64,000 nucleotides of DNA. Source: the human T2T-CHM13v2.0 reference genome, Homo sapiens. The stretch lies in assembly GCF_009914755.1 (NCBI RefSeq), contig NC_060932.1; one strand, written 5' to 3'. A program made the position numbers and the translations under genes. This document shows positions 41,441 through 58,208 of this stretch, one piece after another. The number at the start of each line of letters is the position of its first letter. The stretch's first letter is position 1. A model generated the notes under the pieces. The model was not told the origin of the DNA. It ran no database searches and worked only from the letters and a program-made list of their open reading frames with translations.

Positions 41441-42250
41441 GTTAAATTTCATATAGTCCATGACATAACTATATAGCAGTACCAAAGAAATCTGCTGACT
41501 CTGTTATTGTTTGCGGTTCTGCTATTTTGGTTTTTTTTTTTTTAATAATCATTTCTTCAGTAGCAATTATGTTTAAAAGCTCTTCCTCAGAGATATAAAA
41601 AGTATTTCTCTCTTTGTACTCCCCCCGCCCTCATTGGACTTACATTGTCTTCCAGAGTAACACAAGATAAGTTAGTCTTAAAATGAGGGAATGAGTTGAG
41701 AGTTTCCAATGTATTATGCTTTATCTTAATTATTAATGTTATAGTATGACTTGCACGTTTCATTATCAAAGTAAGATGCAACTGCAGATTGGTGGATGAC
41801 CCTGTTCCAGTTATTTTTAATAAAATGGCAGAAGGCAGAATCCAAGCCCACCAAAAACACTAAAATAGCACCATCACATCCAACACACCTTAGACTAGTT
41901 AGTTACATTCTCTCGTCCAGCTTCCGGAGCTATAGAGGAAGAGATCAACATCCACTTTATCCCTCCTACACAAGGAAGGAGCCAACATTTATTATACTGT
42001 TCTGGGCTACTGGCAAAATTAATATCATGACACACAACAAAGTTGAATTAGTGCCTTAGGGATTAATTAATGTTTGAGAAAAATTAACTCCGAAACAGTA
42101 AGGTTTCTTTGTTTTTCCTTTACATGTTTTTCTTTCATTTGAATGTAACCTCAAGTAATTATTAAAGTGGCATGTATTCTTCATTTTGTATGTAAAAAAT
42201 TTGGACAGAAAATGTCACATATGAAATTTGAAAGATTCATTTAAAATATC

Positions 42251-42925
42251 ATTTAAGAAACATATAGCTTCCAAGGAAGTGTCACTTTAATTCCACTGAA
42301 TAATGTCATCAGTACTTGATATGCTGCATTTTCTCTTTCAGGGAATTTTGCTATCTTAGGAATAACTTTCAAGACCCTATTGCATCATTTAGAAAGAGAA
42401 AAAAAGTAACAAGCTAACTACCTTAGGGTTAAACCTAAAGTTATTTCACACTTTTGGAAGTGGCCCCGTGAGTATGGATCTGAAAAAATAAAATGAAATA
42501 AGATAAAATAAAGCGTGAAAATATATCTAAAAATGTGTAACTTCTGGCAAAATGCAGTTACTTTGCTTGTTCCCCTTGGATTCTCACATGATTTAAGAAA
42601 TGTATAGATTGCAAGGAAATGTCACTTTAATTCCAATGAATAATGTCATCAGTACTTGATATACTGTATTTTCTCTTTCAGGGAATTTTGCTATCTTAGG
42701 AATAACTTTGAAGACCCTATTGGATCATTTAAAAAGAGAAAAAATGTAATGAGCTAACTACCTTAGGGTTAAACCTAAGATTATTTTGAACTTTTGGAAG
42801 TGACCCCATGAGTATGGATCTGAAAAAATAAAATGAAATAAGATAAAATAAAGCGTGAAAATATATCTAAAACTGTGTAACTTCTGGCAAAGTGCAATTA
42901 CATTGCTTGTAGCCCTTGGTTTCTC
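42251..42925. repeat. 340-bp tandem duplication (two copies, ~92% identical, no indels)
   Basis: Copy 1 starts 42251 and copy 2 starts 42591. My manual alignment gives 28 mismatches in 335 bp. Confidence 0.95.
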
Positions 42926-43819
42926 GCTAACAGCCTATTTTGTTATAGTTACAGAAAGTTTGATTATCTGGTCTTAGTAATCACTAATTATTTAATATTT
43001 ACTTGTTGCTTAGTTATTGTTCAGGCACTGTACCCTTAAATACTAAGATGAAGAGATGCAGACTTTGATTCTAAGCAATGCAGCTGAAGAAAGGACATTA
43101 CATGAGAGGAAGAAGATGTAAGAACAGAACTGAGTATAGCATGTGGCCATCAGTAAGGCCATTTTTTTTTAAACAATTTTTATAAAACAAACTATAGGAG
43201 TTATGGAGATAAGAATGAAGGCCATTTGGAGTAAGGTTGTACCACTGTGTAGAACTAACATATACACAGTTTAATAATTCATGTTCATAATACCCATGAT
43301 AAATCATCCACAAAAACATTTACTATTATAATCAAATAATTATTTCTGATATTAACAATGCATTCTTAAACTATAAGTGGAATATTTCTTAAATTATAAT
43401 TGAAATATTGTATTTTATTACAATAAGCAATTATTACATTTTAAAATAATTTCCAACCATATATTTATATATACATATTTTAGATAAAATTCTCAAAATG
43501 TATCCTGAAATTTTGCTTACAATAAACTATTTATTAATAAAACCAGTATGTGGCACACTATTTTACAATTATAATTGCAGAAATTATCTTTTAATATTTG
43601 ATAGAAATTATTTTTTTGGATAAATTATAAAACTATAAACTATTTTATACTTTTTTCCCTTTTATACCTTTATTTCTTTTAGTTTTAACCCATACACACA
43701 TAGAAACACACAAATATTACAAGTAATTTGTCACACAAAAACACAAGTTATATGATTGATATGTCACTCATTAATCAGCCACACATATTTCAGTATTGTT
43801 GTGTGCTTAAATTATATAT

Positions 43820-44030
43820 ATTTTTTTTTCAGACGGAGTCTCACTCTGTCACCAGGCTGGAGTGCAGTGGCGTGATCTCGGCTCACTGCAACCTCCACCT
43901 CAAGTGATCCTCCTGCCTCAGCCTCCTGAGTAGCTGGGACTACAGGCAAGTGCCACCATGCCCAGCTAACTTTTTGTATTTTTAGTAGAGATGGGGTTTC
44001 ACCATGTTGGCCAGGATGGTCTTGATCTCT
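43820..44030 (-). mobile_element. AluSc, 3' part (split by L1PA2)
   Basis: 'ctgtcaccaggctgg' and 'ccaggatggtcttgatctct' are Sc diagnostics; the sequence continues at 50066. Confidence 0.92.
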
Positions 44031-44251
44031 CTCTCTCTTTTTTTTTATTATACTTTAAGTTTTAGGGTACATGTGCACATTGTGCAGGTTAGTTACATAT
44101 GTATACATGTGCCATGCTGGTGCGCTGCACCCACTAACTCGTCATCTAGCATTAGGTATATCTCCCAATGCTATCCCTTCCCCCTCCCCCCACCCCACCA
44201 CAGTCCCCAGAGTGTGATATTCCGCTTCCTGTGTCCATGTGATCTCATTGT

Positions 44252-48079
<3,828 letters not shown>

Positions 48080-48142
48080 TATGATGTTAGCTGGTGATTT
48101 TGCTCGTTAGTTGATGCAGTTTCTTCCTAGTCTCTATGGTCT

Positions 48143-49159
48143 TTACATTTTGGCATGATTTTGCAGCGGCTGGTACTGGTTGTTCCTTTCCATGTTTAGT
48201 GCTTCCTTCAGGAGCTCTTGTAAGGCAGGCCTGGTGGTGACAAAATCTCTCAGCATTTGCTTGTCTGTAAAGTATTTTATTTCTCCTTCACTTATGAAGT
48301 TTAGTTTGGCTGGATATGAAATTCTGGGTTGAAAATTCTTTTCTTTAAGAATGTTGAATATTGGCCCCCACTCTCTTCTGGCTTGTAGGGTTTCTGCTGA
48401 GAGATCCACTGTTAGTCTGATGGGCTTCCCTTTGAGGGTAACCCGACCTTTCTCTCTGGCTGCCCTTAACATTTTTTCCTTCATTTCAACTTTGGTGAAT
48501 CTGACAATTATGTGTCTTTGAGTTGCTCTTCTCGAGGAGTATCTTTGTGGCGTTCTCTGTATTTCCTGAATCTGAATGTTGGCCTGCCTTGCTAGATTGG
48601 GGAAGTTCTCCTGGATAATATCCTGCAGAGTGTTTTCCAACTTGGTGCCATTCTCCCCATCACTTTCAGGTACACCAATCAGACGTAGATTTGGTCTTTT
48701 CACATAGTCCCATATTTCTTGGAGGCTTTGCTCATTTCTTTTTATTCTTTTTTCTCTAAACTTCCCTTCTTGCTTCATTTCATTCATTTCATCTTCCATC
48801 GCTGATACCCTTTCTTCCAGTTGATCGCATCGGCTCCTGAGGCTTCTGCATTCTTCATGTAGTTCTCCAGCCTTGCTTTTCAGCTCCATCAGCTCCTTTA
48901 AGCACTTCTCTGTATTGGTTATTCTAGTTATACATTCTTCTAAATTTTTTTCAAAGTTTTCAACTTCTTTGCCTTTGGTTTGAATGTCCTCCCGTAGCTC
49001 AGAGTAATTTGATCGTCTGAAGCCTTCTTCTCTCAGCTCGTCAAAGTCATACTCCATCCAGCTTTGTTCCGTTGCTGGTAAGGAACTGCGTTCCTTTGGA
49101 GGAGGAGAGGCGCTCTGCTTTTTAGAGTTTCCAGTTTTTCTGTTCTGTTTTTTCCCCAT
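48143..49159 (-). CDS. ORF1: LINE-1 ORF1p (RNA-binding chaperone), open 338-aa frame
   Basis: MGKKQNRKTGNSK...RPNLRLIGVPE...REKG...ARR...YPAKL...NHAKM, canonical length. Confidence 0.95.
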   Translation of the reverse strand: MGKKQNRKTGNSKKQSASPPPKERSSLPATEQSWMEYDFDELREEGFRRSNYSELREDIQTKGKEVENFEKNLEECITRITNTEKCLKELMELKSKAGELHEECRSLRSRCDQLEERVSAMEDEMNEMKQEGKFREKRIKRNEQSLQEIWDYVKRPNLRLIGVPESDGENGTKLENTLQDIIQENFPNLARQANIQIQEIQRTPQRYSSRRATQRHIIVRFTKVEMKEKMLRAAREKGRVTLKGKPIRLTVDLSAETLQARREWGPIFNILKEKNFQPRISYPAKLNFISEGEIKYFTDKQMLRDFVTTRPALQELLKEALNMERNNQYQPLQNHAKM

Positions 49160-50065
49160 CTTTGTGGTTTTACCTACTTTTGGTCTTTGATGATGGTGAT
49201 GTACAGATGGGTTTTTGGTGTGGATGTCCTTTCTGTTTGTTAGTTTTCCTTCTAACAGACAGGACCCTCAGCTGCAGGTCTGTTGGAGTACCCTGCCGTG
49301 TGAGGTGTCAGTGTGCCCCTGCTGGGGGGTGCCTCCTAGTTAGGCTGCTCGGGGGTCAGGGGTCAGGGACTCACTTGAGGAGGCAGTCTGCCCGTTCTCA
49401 GATCTCCAGCTGCGTGCTGGGAGAACCACTGCTCTCTTCAAGCTGTCAGACAGGGACATTTAAGTCTGCAGAGGTCACTGCTGTCTTTTTGTTTGTCTGT
49501 GCCCTGCCCCCAGAGGTGGAGCCTACAGAGGCAGGCAGGCCTCCTTGAGCTGTGGTGGGCTCCACCCAGTTGGAGCTTCCTGGCTGCTTTGTTTACTTAA
49601 TCAAGCCTGGGCAATGGCGGGCGCCCCTCCCCCAGCCTTGCTGCCACCTTGCAGTTTGATCTCAGACTGCTGTGCTAGCAATCAGTGAGATTCCATGGGC
49701 GTAGGACCCTCTGAGCCAGGTGCGGGATATAATCTCATGGTGCGCCGTTTTTTAAGCCCGTCGCAAAAGCGCAGTATTCGGGTGGGAGTGACTCGATTTT
49801 CCAGGTGCCATCCCTCACCCCTTTCTTTGACTCAGAAAGGGAACTCCCTGACCCCTTGTGCTTCCCAAGTGAGTCAATGCCTCATCCTGCTTCAGCTCGC
49901 ACACGGTGCACGCACCCACTGACCTGCGCCCACTGTCTGGCACTCCCTAGTGAGATGAACCCGGTACCTCAGATGGAAATGCAGAAATCACCCGTCTTCT
50001 GCGTCGCTCACGCTGAGAGCTGTAGACCGGAGCTGTTCCTATTCGGCCATCTTGGCTCCTCCCCC
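49160..50065. promoter_or_regulatory. L1 5'UTR: internal sense promoter (minus strand) and antisense promoter (plus strand)
   Basis: Complete 5'UTR with intact YY1 site (CAAGATGGCCG, 50044-50054 on the minus strand) and ORF0 start ATG at 49614 on +. Promoter function is from established L1 biology, not shown for this copy. Confidence 0.8.
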
Positions 50066-50148
50066 GTCTTGATCTCTTGACCTGGTGATCCACCCACCTC
50101 GGCCTCCCAAAGTGCTAGGATTACAGGCGTGAGCCACCACGCCCAGCC
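50066..50148 (-). mobile_element. AluSc, 5' part (split by L1PA2)
   Basis: 'gtcttgatctcttgacctggtgatccacccacctcggcctcccaaagtgc...gcccagcc'; Alu TSD TAAATTA(T/C)AT at 43808 and 50150. Confidence 0.92.
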
Positions 50149-51415
50149 ATAAATTACATTCTTGTCTTTACCATAGCTACCCAAGACAAATTTTTTTATC
50201 ACAGTGTATTACACCTTGCTTTTATTACTTCTGATTAGATTACATTAATTTCCCTTGAATCTATATAGTAACTAGTATATTTTCATGTTGTTATAATATG
50301 TTAGCAGAATGATGTATCATAATGATTCATATGATATTGATGTTTTGCATTGTTTATTTACCATTTATAGGTAACACTGTGGTAAATATCCTAATACATA
50401 GTGTTTCATGTGTCTGGATTTCTCCCTTAGGTTAAACTGGAAGAAACAAAGATAAAAGCTTTGCATATTTCTATGATTATGTTACACATCTTTTATTTTA
50501 TATTTTAAGTTTTTTATCAAACTTATTGTACCAAGTGTTAGAGTCTTATCAGAAATTTTTCTAGGGTCATTCATTCTTGCATGTATTCAGCACATTTATT
50601 TGATGATTCATTCCACTCTCATTAATAGCCCCATCACATTTTAAACTAGATTCACATTTTTAAACTAGATTACTTTTAGGTTGTGAAGGGTATATTGCAA
50701 TAGTTTTGTCTTTTTCAATACTGGCAAGTTTTGACTACTTTTTTCAAATATCATTTCAACTTTGTGCAAATATACTTGATAAATTCACTATCTCTTTATC
50801 TCTGTTTATCTACCTATCTAATTGCTAGAAATAATTTTGCATATATTGGTAGCAATATTTCAATTTTATGTGCAGAATTTCTAAAAGTGTCTAAATTACA
50901 ACTCAGGAAAAAATGGCAATTTTTAAAAAGCCACCAAATGAGATAAAGTAGGTGAAATTATTTGCAAAATATAAAGGGAAGTTGATGTATTGTTATTCAT
51001 ATTTATCTTCTGATGATCTTCACAAAATTAGTTGAAGTTTAAGGAATTTAATTGTATGTACTGTAATAAAAATAGAAGCCTATAGCTTAAAGTGATTAAG
51101 TTACAGATCCAAGAACCTGAAGAAGAATAATTAAGCTAATGAATCTAATCCCATAACGGCATTCATTAACTAATATCCTATTGGAACAAAAAAAGCATTT
51201 GCAGTAGAGTATAAAAGTAAGCCCTAAAAAAGCATAGGGAATTAGTATTAAATATGCAGCAGCTTTCTAATTATTAGAAAGGACAAACTGCTTTGAGCTT
51301 GAAAAACCCACATTCTTGGATAGTTGGGTAACCAAGGTGGTACTAGAAATTGACAATGTGCATTTACTGAGCAGTACGTTTTGAGCAGTTATATCTCTAA
51401 GCTTTATTTCTCAGT

Positions 51416-51703
51416 GTGTTTGTTTGTTTGTTTCGTTTTGTTTTTTTGAGAGGGAGTCTCCCTCTGTTCCCTAGGCTGGAGTGCAGTGGTGCCATCTAGG
51501 CTCACTGCAACTTCTGCCTCCCGAGTTCAAGAAATTCTGCCTCAGCTTTCTGAGTAGCTAGGACTACAGGCACATGCCACCACACCTAGATTTTTTTTTT
51601 TTTTTTTTTTTGTATTTTTAGTAGGGATGAGGTTTCACCATGTTGCCAAGGCTTCTCTCAACCTCCTGACTTCAAATGGTCCTCCCATCTTGGCCTCTCA
51701 AAG
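51416..51703 (-). mobile_element. 5'-truncated Alu (AluS/J)
   Basis: Ends at 'ggcctctcaaag', about 35 nt short of the Alu 5' end. 12-bp TSD TTATTTCTCAGT at 51404-51415 and 51704-51715. Confidence 0.93.
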
Positions 51704-52220
51704 TTATTTCTCAGTTTTTGAAAATCATTCTCAAATCTATAATATCCTCTCCTATCCAAAATATATGTCAGAATGAACGTAGCAGATTTTAGAATGTAAG
51801 CTTTTCCCAAGAATATTAACCAGACCCATAGTAGGCATTTTATAAAATTTGCTATCTAATTAATAACGTACTCTGAGCATGAAACTTGGCCATGCTTCAA
51901 ATTAAGTAATTTAAAGGCAGAATATTGGGATTTCAATTACAATTTTGTCATTTGTGAGCTGACTTTAACACCAGTTCGCTTTAGTTAATTCTAGTTTAGC
52001 AACAACAATAGAAGAGCTATTGGGCATCTGCTGTGTTCAGGACGTTGCTGGGACATTGCTTGGGGTGAAATTTAAGGATATTACCATGTAGGTAAACATT
52101 TTGAACAGCAATGTGGTGAGTATGAGGATAAGAGAAGAGTTTCGATTTTCACAACCAGAGGGAATTCAAGCAAGCTTCCTGAAAAGGTGATTTCCAATAT
52201 GAATGGAAGAGATAAACTGG

Positions 52221-52532
<312 letters not shown>

Positions 52533-52619
52533 TTAGATAAATAAATAATAGAAAGTAGAAGGATATCTAAGTAGAGAGATATATGCAAACCATAGAAATA
52601 CAAAATTCAATTTTAGGTT

Positions 52620-52944
52620 CTTTTTTGCTTTTTTTTTTTTTTTTTTTTGAGACAGGGTCTCACTCCTGTCTTCCAGGCTGGAGTTCAGCAGTGTAATCTC
52701 GGCTCACTGCAGCCGCAACTTCCCAAGCTCAGGTGATCCTCCCACCTCAGCCTCCCACCTCAGCCCTATCCTTAACTGGGACTACAGGTGTGCACCACCA
52801 AGCCTGACTAATTTTTTGTATTTTTAGTAGAGACAGGGTCTTGCTATGTTGCCCAGGCTGGTCTTAAACTTCTGGGCTCAAGCTATCCTGCTGCCTCAGC
52901 CTCCCAAAGTGCCTGGGATTACAGGCATGAGCTGCCATTTGGCT
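52620..52944 (-). mobile_element. AluJ
   Basis: 'gagacagggtctcac', 'tagagacagggtcttgctatgttgcccagg', 'gggctcaagc'; small internal duplication 'cctcccacctcag'. Confidence 0.93.
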
Positions 52945-53609
52945 GATCATAGATTTAATGCAGAAAATGGAAAGTCAGTTGATATAAGTGAAGTGTAGAG
53001 CAGAGAAGATTGTCTGAAGATGATGAAGAGGAATTCAGGGGTCTGTTGAAAGTAATTCAGGCTTTTTTTCCCACACTTTAGAAAGACTTTGTTGAATTGT
53101 AGGCTGGAGAGTGGTATGCAAAGTGGTTTGTTTAGATGGATTGCTCTGGTATTTGTGCTTTTACAAATACAAAAATTGAAGATATAAATAATACTTGAGA
53201 TATTGGATTAGTAGCTTGCTAAAAACGTAAGATATCCTTAAGCTTGGGTAACAGTAGTAGATATTAAAAAACTGGAGTGTTCTGGGAAATATATAGGAAC
53301 TAAACAAGAGACCGCCATAGCTTACGACTGCTATGAAGTGATAATTAGGAATGGAAAGCATCCCCTGGTTTCCAGCCTGTGGTCTGAATGGACAGTGATG
53401 TCAACCCCATGCAGGGAAGTACTGATGGAGGAGTCCATGTGATGTTTGGAAGAAGAATATAGTAATCTGATTCAGATGTGTTAGGGTTTAAAAAATCTAA
53501 AGAATATTCTAGTGGATATATTATCTTTAAAATTAGGAGATATAGATATACACACACACATACACATGTATATATATAAAATAATTGCAACTGTCATTTT
53601 ATTAGACAT

Positions 53610-54050
53610 TGTGGTCAAATACCTTTCTAATTATTTTTCACCCACACCCATGTATTTTATCTTTGTGAAGCCCTCACAGTGACTCTGGGCTAGGACTTGT
53701 GATTTGTTTTGGCCAGTGGGATGTAGTAGACATCACACAATCAGAGGCTTGAAAAAAATCAATGTGCATGTTTTTATTTGTAGTCCTTGCCTCTATCATC
53801 ACCATGGGGAAGGACAAACCTACAATAATGGGATGCTCCCAGCAGGAGTCCCATGGAAGAGCCAAGCTCCCCCTAATGTCTCAGCCAAGGGCCATCTCAG
53901 ATCAACTAAAAGGCAGGTGATGTTAAGATATCTGGATGAAGCCAGGCAAGATCAGCAAGCTATCTAGCTCACCACCTCAGAGTATTAGCAATAAACACTT
54001 ATTTTTATATGCGACTGAGGTTTTGTGGTTGTTTGCAGCACCACAAAAGT
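53610..54050 (+). mobile_element. MLT1 (MLT1G/H-like) LTR
   Basis: 'gactctgggct...ttgtgatttgttttggccagtgggatgt...agaggcttgaaaa' and 'aataaacacttatt...atgcgactgaggttttgtggttgtttg'. Confidence 0.65.
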
Positions 54051-54224
54051 TGTGTTGTAGGAAATGTTAATTATTATTATTCTCCTTATGGTTTTTGTTT
54101 TTCCAGTTTACTGCTTGAAATTGAAAAAGAGTAACAGATTGGTGTGAAATCTATAGAGTCTCAAGACATACTATAGTAGAATGTGATAATCTGTACTGTT
54201 TAAAATAAATCCCTACCTGCCTAT

Positions 54225-54480
54225 ATCATTTAGCATTCCTGCAGAAAATAAATGACACATTTAAAAGGACAGTTTAAACAAAAGATAACAATATTTGAAA
54301 AAAATATAGACAGGTTTGAAGGAACCAACAAGGAAAAGTGAGGCACATGAAATAGTAATAGCAGGAAGCTGTTAGCACCCCTGGACCTGAAGGTCAAAGA
54401 GGTGGAGCTGTTGCAGAAATAGGACCAATAGCCAACTGGAGGAACTGAGGACTTCAGGTGGGCCAAACTGTGATCCGATC
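54225..54480 (-). mobile_element. LTR33/LTR41-like ERVL LTR fragment
   Basis: 'gcagaaaataaatgacacatttaaa...ggaaccaacaagg...gcaggaagctgttagcacccctggacctgaagg' resembles the reverse-complement LTR33 3' end. Confidence 0.55.
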
Positions 54481-55024
54481 CAGTTGGACAAAGATGGTGC
54501 ATTTCTGAATTCTTTATTCTCTGCTCTCATCGGGAAGATATGATGTAGAATTTGATTAGGGCATAGGAGGCAAACATTACATGGGGGAAGGTGGCTAACA
54601 AAAATGTCTAGCAAAGTCCACAACCTCTTTCCTCTGTATCTACTTTTGCCTTTTGTCTACATGAATAATCTGAAGTCTTAACACAAGCCCCCCCATTTGA
54701 TTATGGAATGATATTAATTCAGTGACATCACCACCTAAACATGTTAGCCCTTACCAGTGCTCTTCATAAAAGATGGCAATCAAAACTGAGGACAAAAGAA
54801 ATAAATGACATACAACATACAACATACAACTTTTAACTTGTGCATTTACAAGTAATTAGATATCAATAAAATCAGCAATCAGTTATAGAACATTTACCAT
54901 TTTGCATATAATAATATAGAAAACAAGAAATGTTTCTATTTTATCAAGTTCCTCAGTTTGAATACTGCATCCAAGGCCCACAGGTATTAAGAGATGCTCT
55001 CAGCTGTGTCTCTCAGTAATATTA

Positions 55025-55056
<32 letters not shown>

Positions 55057-56256
55057 ACATATATAAATAACACATGCATCTTGTGTGTCTATGTGCATGT
55101 ATGTATATATGTTTCTTATATATGTTATATATATATATTTCTTGTATATGTGGGATGTGTGTGTGTAAGCAAGAAATCTACAAAAACCAAATATATAGAA
55201 ATATTCTTACAGGTTGAAATTATTTTATTTATCTCTATGTATTATTTAAATATAAAACAGAGAAGTACAAATAAAAATATTTTACTTGCATTTCAATAAG
55301 TTTAAATTCTTGGATGCAAGAAAAGCATACAAACCTTGAAATAAAACAATAAAGAAAATTATATTATTGATCTGTTTGAATAATTTTTAAGTAAGAATTT
55401 TATTGTCTTCTCAGTTTTAACTTGTCTTGAAGACTTTGTAAAAAATGAATCTTCCTGTTTTACATAATAATAAAACTTAAAAGTTAGGATGGCTTTCATC
55501 TTCAAAACCTTTTATAAATGGCTACAAATATTGTTTTAGCATTAATTTAATCTGTGAAAGTACCCACTAGAGAACACCCATTATTCCTGATTTATGTCAA
55601 TTTTATTAGCTCCAGTTACAAGAACACACATATAACAATCTTTTAAACCAGCTTTTCTAACCCCTGTAAACTGTAAGTACAATCTCAATTTATCTGTTGG
55701 TATAAACTTGATATCTACTCTACTCTGGAAGTCTTAATTTAATGAGCTATAAGAAACCACAGGTGATGAGAAAGTGTTTCATGACAAAGAGTTCATCGGA
55801 TATCTGGACTTGTTGAGAGAGCTGTGCCTATAAGCAATATAGATTTTTCATTCAGGGGACTGAACCATTTTCAGTTAGAGATTAGTATATCAGCCAAATA
55901 GAAATATTCATATAACATGCCAATATTTTTTTCTGACTACTCTTTCATTTTGCTTTCCTTCCCCCAGCAAACAATAACACATTAAGACCTGGAGCAATAA
56001 CTCTTAGGAGAGGTCCTTCTCTGCCTATTAATTCTCCCGCAGGTCTTCTTGCAAAGGGACATTAAGATTTCAAGTTCGGACTTCACACTGCCTACATTCA
56101 AATGTGGGATCCTGAATTATAGTGATGCGATTTGAGCTTGGCTCAGTAACCTCTCTGTACCTGTGTTCTCATTTAAAAGGATGCCTAGTAACCTTGCTTT
56201 ACACTTAATATTACTCAAATGGAGAAAGAATTTATCCAACACTTAGAAATTCCTAG

Positions 56257-56650
<394 letters not shown>

Positions 56651-57739
56651 AAGTGTTATCTTTCTAAATATAAACCTGACACTTAATGGCAATTCAATAA
56701 ATATTCATGGAATAAATGAATGAAAAGTTAAATAATAAGGACTCACACAGCATGTATATAAAGCCCTCTGCTATCTCTCTGTTGTCTACCAAATAATGTC
56801 TATATTCTAATTAGCAAGGGCAGTCTGGCATGGGCTCCACATCCACATATCTGACCCCTTTCAGCTGCCCTCTACCAGGTACACCCTATGCTTTGCCTAG
56901 GGAGCCTGTCCAGCGCTATCCTAACATGAGCTCCTCTAATGTTTTCTTCCTTCACACTGCAAACTGCTTCTCATCCTTTTAGAATCAGCTCAGTTATGCC
57001 CCACTGGAAAAGTCTTTCCTCATTTCTCGTGGTGATGGTATTTATCTCCTCCTCAAGGCCTGGGAGATGCTACCTATTGTTGTTGTTACATCCCATATTG
57101 TCTGCCTGGTATGGTTTCCCAGTCAACCCAACCCTTCTTGACAATGACTATTTTCGAACTCTGCGATCCTGTTACCCTTCGACCACCAATGCTCCATCAT
57201 GTTTCTTGTATTTTCACCAGATAATCTTGACACATACTTCACAGTCAAAATAGTCTCCAACAGAAAAGAACTTCTATCTTTTCTCCACCAAATCTGTAAC
57301 TTATGGACATTTCTTCCATCCCCTTGATCTAGCTAACTTTTCTCTCAGATCCTATTACATGCTAAGTGAATGATTCAGAAGACTATACCTTTGACCCCAG
57401 TGCTCAAAGCCCATAAATACTTTTTTCATTTTACTTAAAGTAAATGTGTCACCGATCATGTTGGTGAGATTACATTAGAGCAAGCCATATTTTCCTTAGC
57501 TGACTGTGGCCTGGTCAGTCCCACTAGTGGAAGAGGGTGATGTATAATTGCAGTCAGAATGGGTTTGAAAGAACAAGGAAAAGAAAAATAATAAAATACA
57601 TAATTGTGTTGATATATATTTGGAAGACCTTGGGAAACTAAACTTGCCTGCCATATTTTGTACTGGTCAAGTGTGAGGTACCATTTGAAAACAAACTTAC
57701 AAGTTTGCATGACTTACTGTGTCTCATCTCTGTTACTTG

Positions 57740-57930
57740 TTGTCAGCAGTGAACATTTTTGCAAACATTATCCATTTAACCCTTATGAGAAGCTTATGAG
57801 TTAGCCTATAATTCATCTCAATTTTACAGATTTTATAAAATGAAGCTCACAGAATGAAACGTCTACCATATGGGGAAGCCTGGTCTAGAATCCATGCATA
57901 CTGAAACCAGGGTACAGTTCCTTAAACACC
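57740..57930 (-). mobile_element. MIR remnant
   Basis: 'cattatccatttaacccttatgagaa...ttatgag...attttacaga...aaaatgaagctcacaga'. Confidence 0.55.
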
Positions 57931-58208
57931 AAATTGTTATTTGATGTTGGAAAATTTTAATTGTGTCAAAACGACTTAGGCATAGGGCATGTGTTTGTTA
58001 ATAGAATCCTTTTAAGCCAGTATAAGTAAATGGAGATGATATAGCAAGGATATAGGGGGATCTCATTAATACCCAGAGCAGGAAGTGCTTCAAAGCTTCA
58101 GGAAGGGTTTGAACTGGGGACTGAATTGTTATCAGGAAGCAATCGACTCCTCTCAGCATCCCTGTCTCTGCCTCTGCATCTCTGAGTCTCTCTCGTGCTC
58201 TCTTTTCC

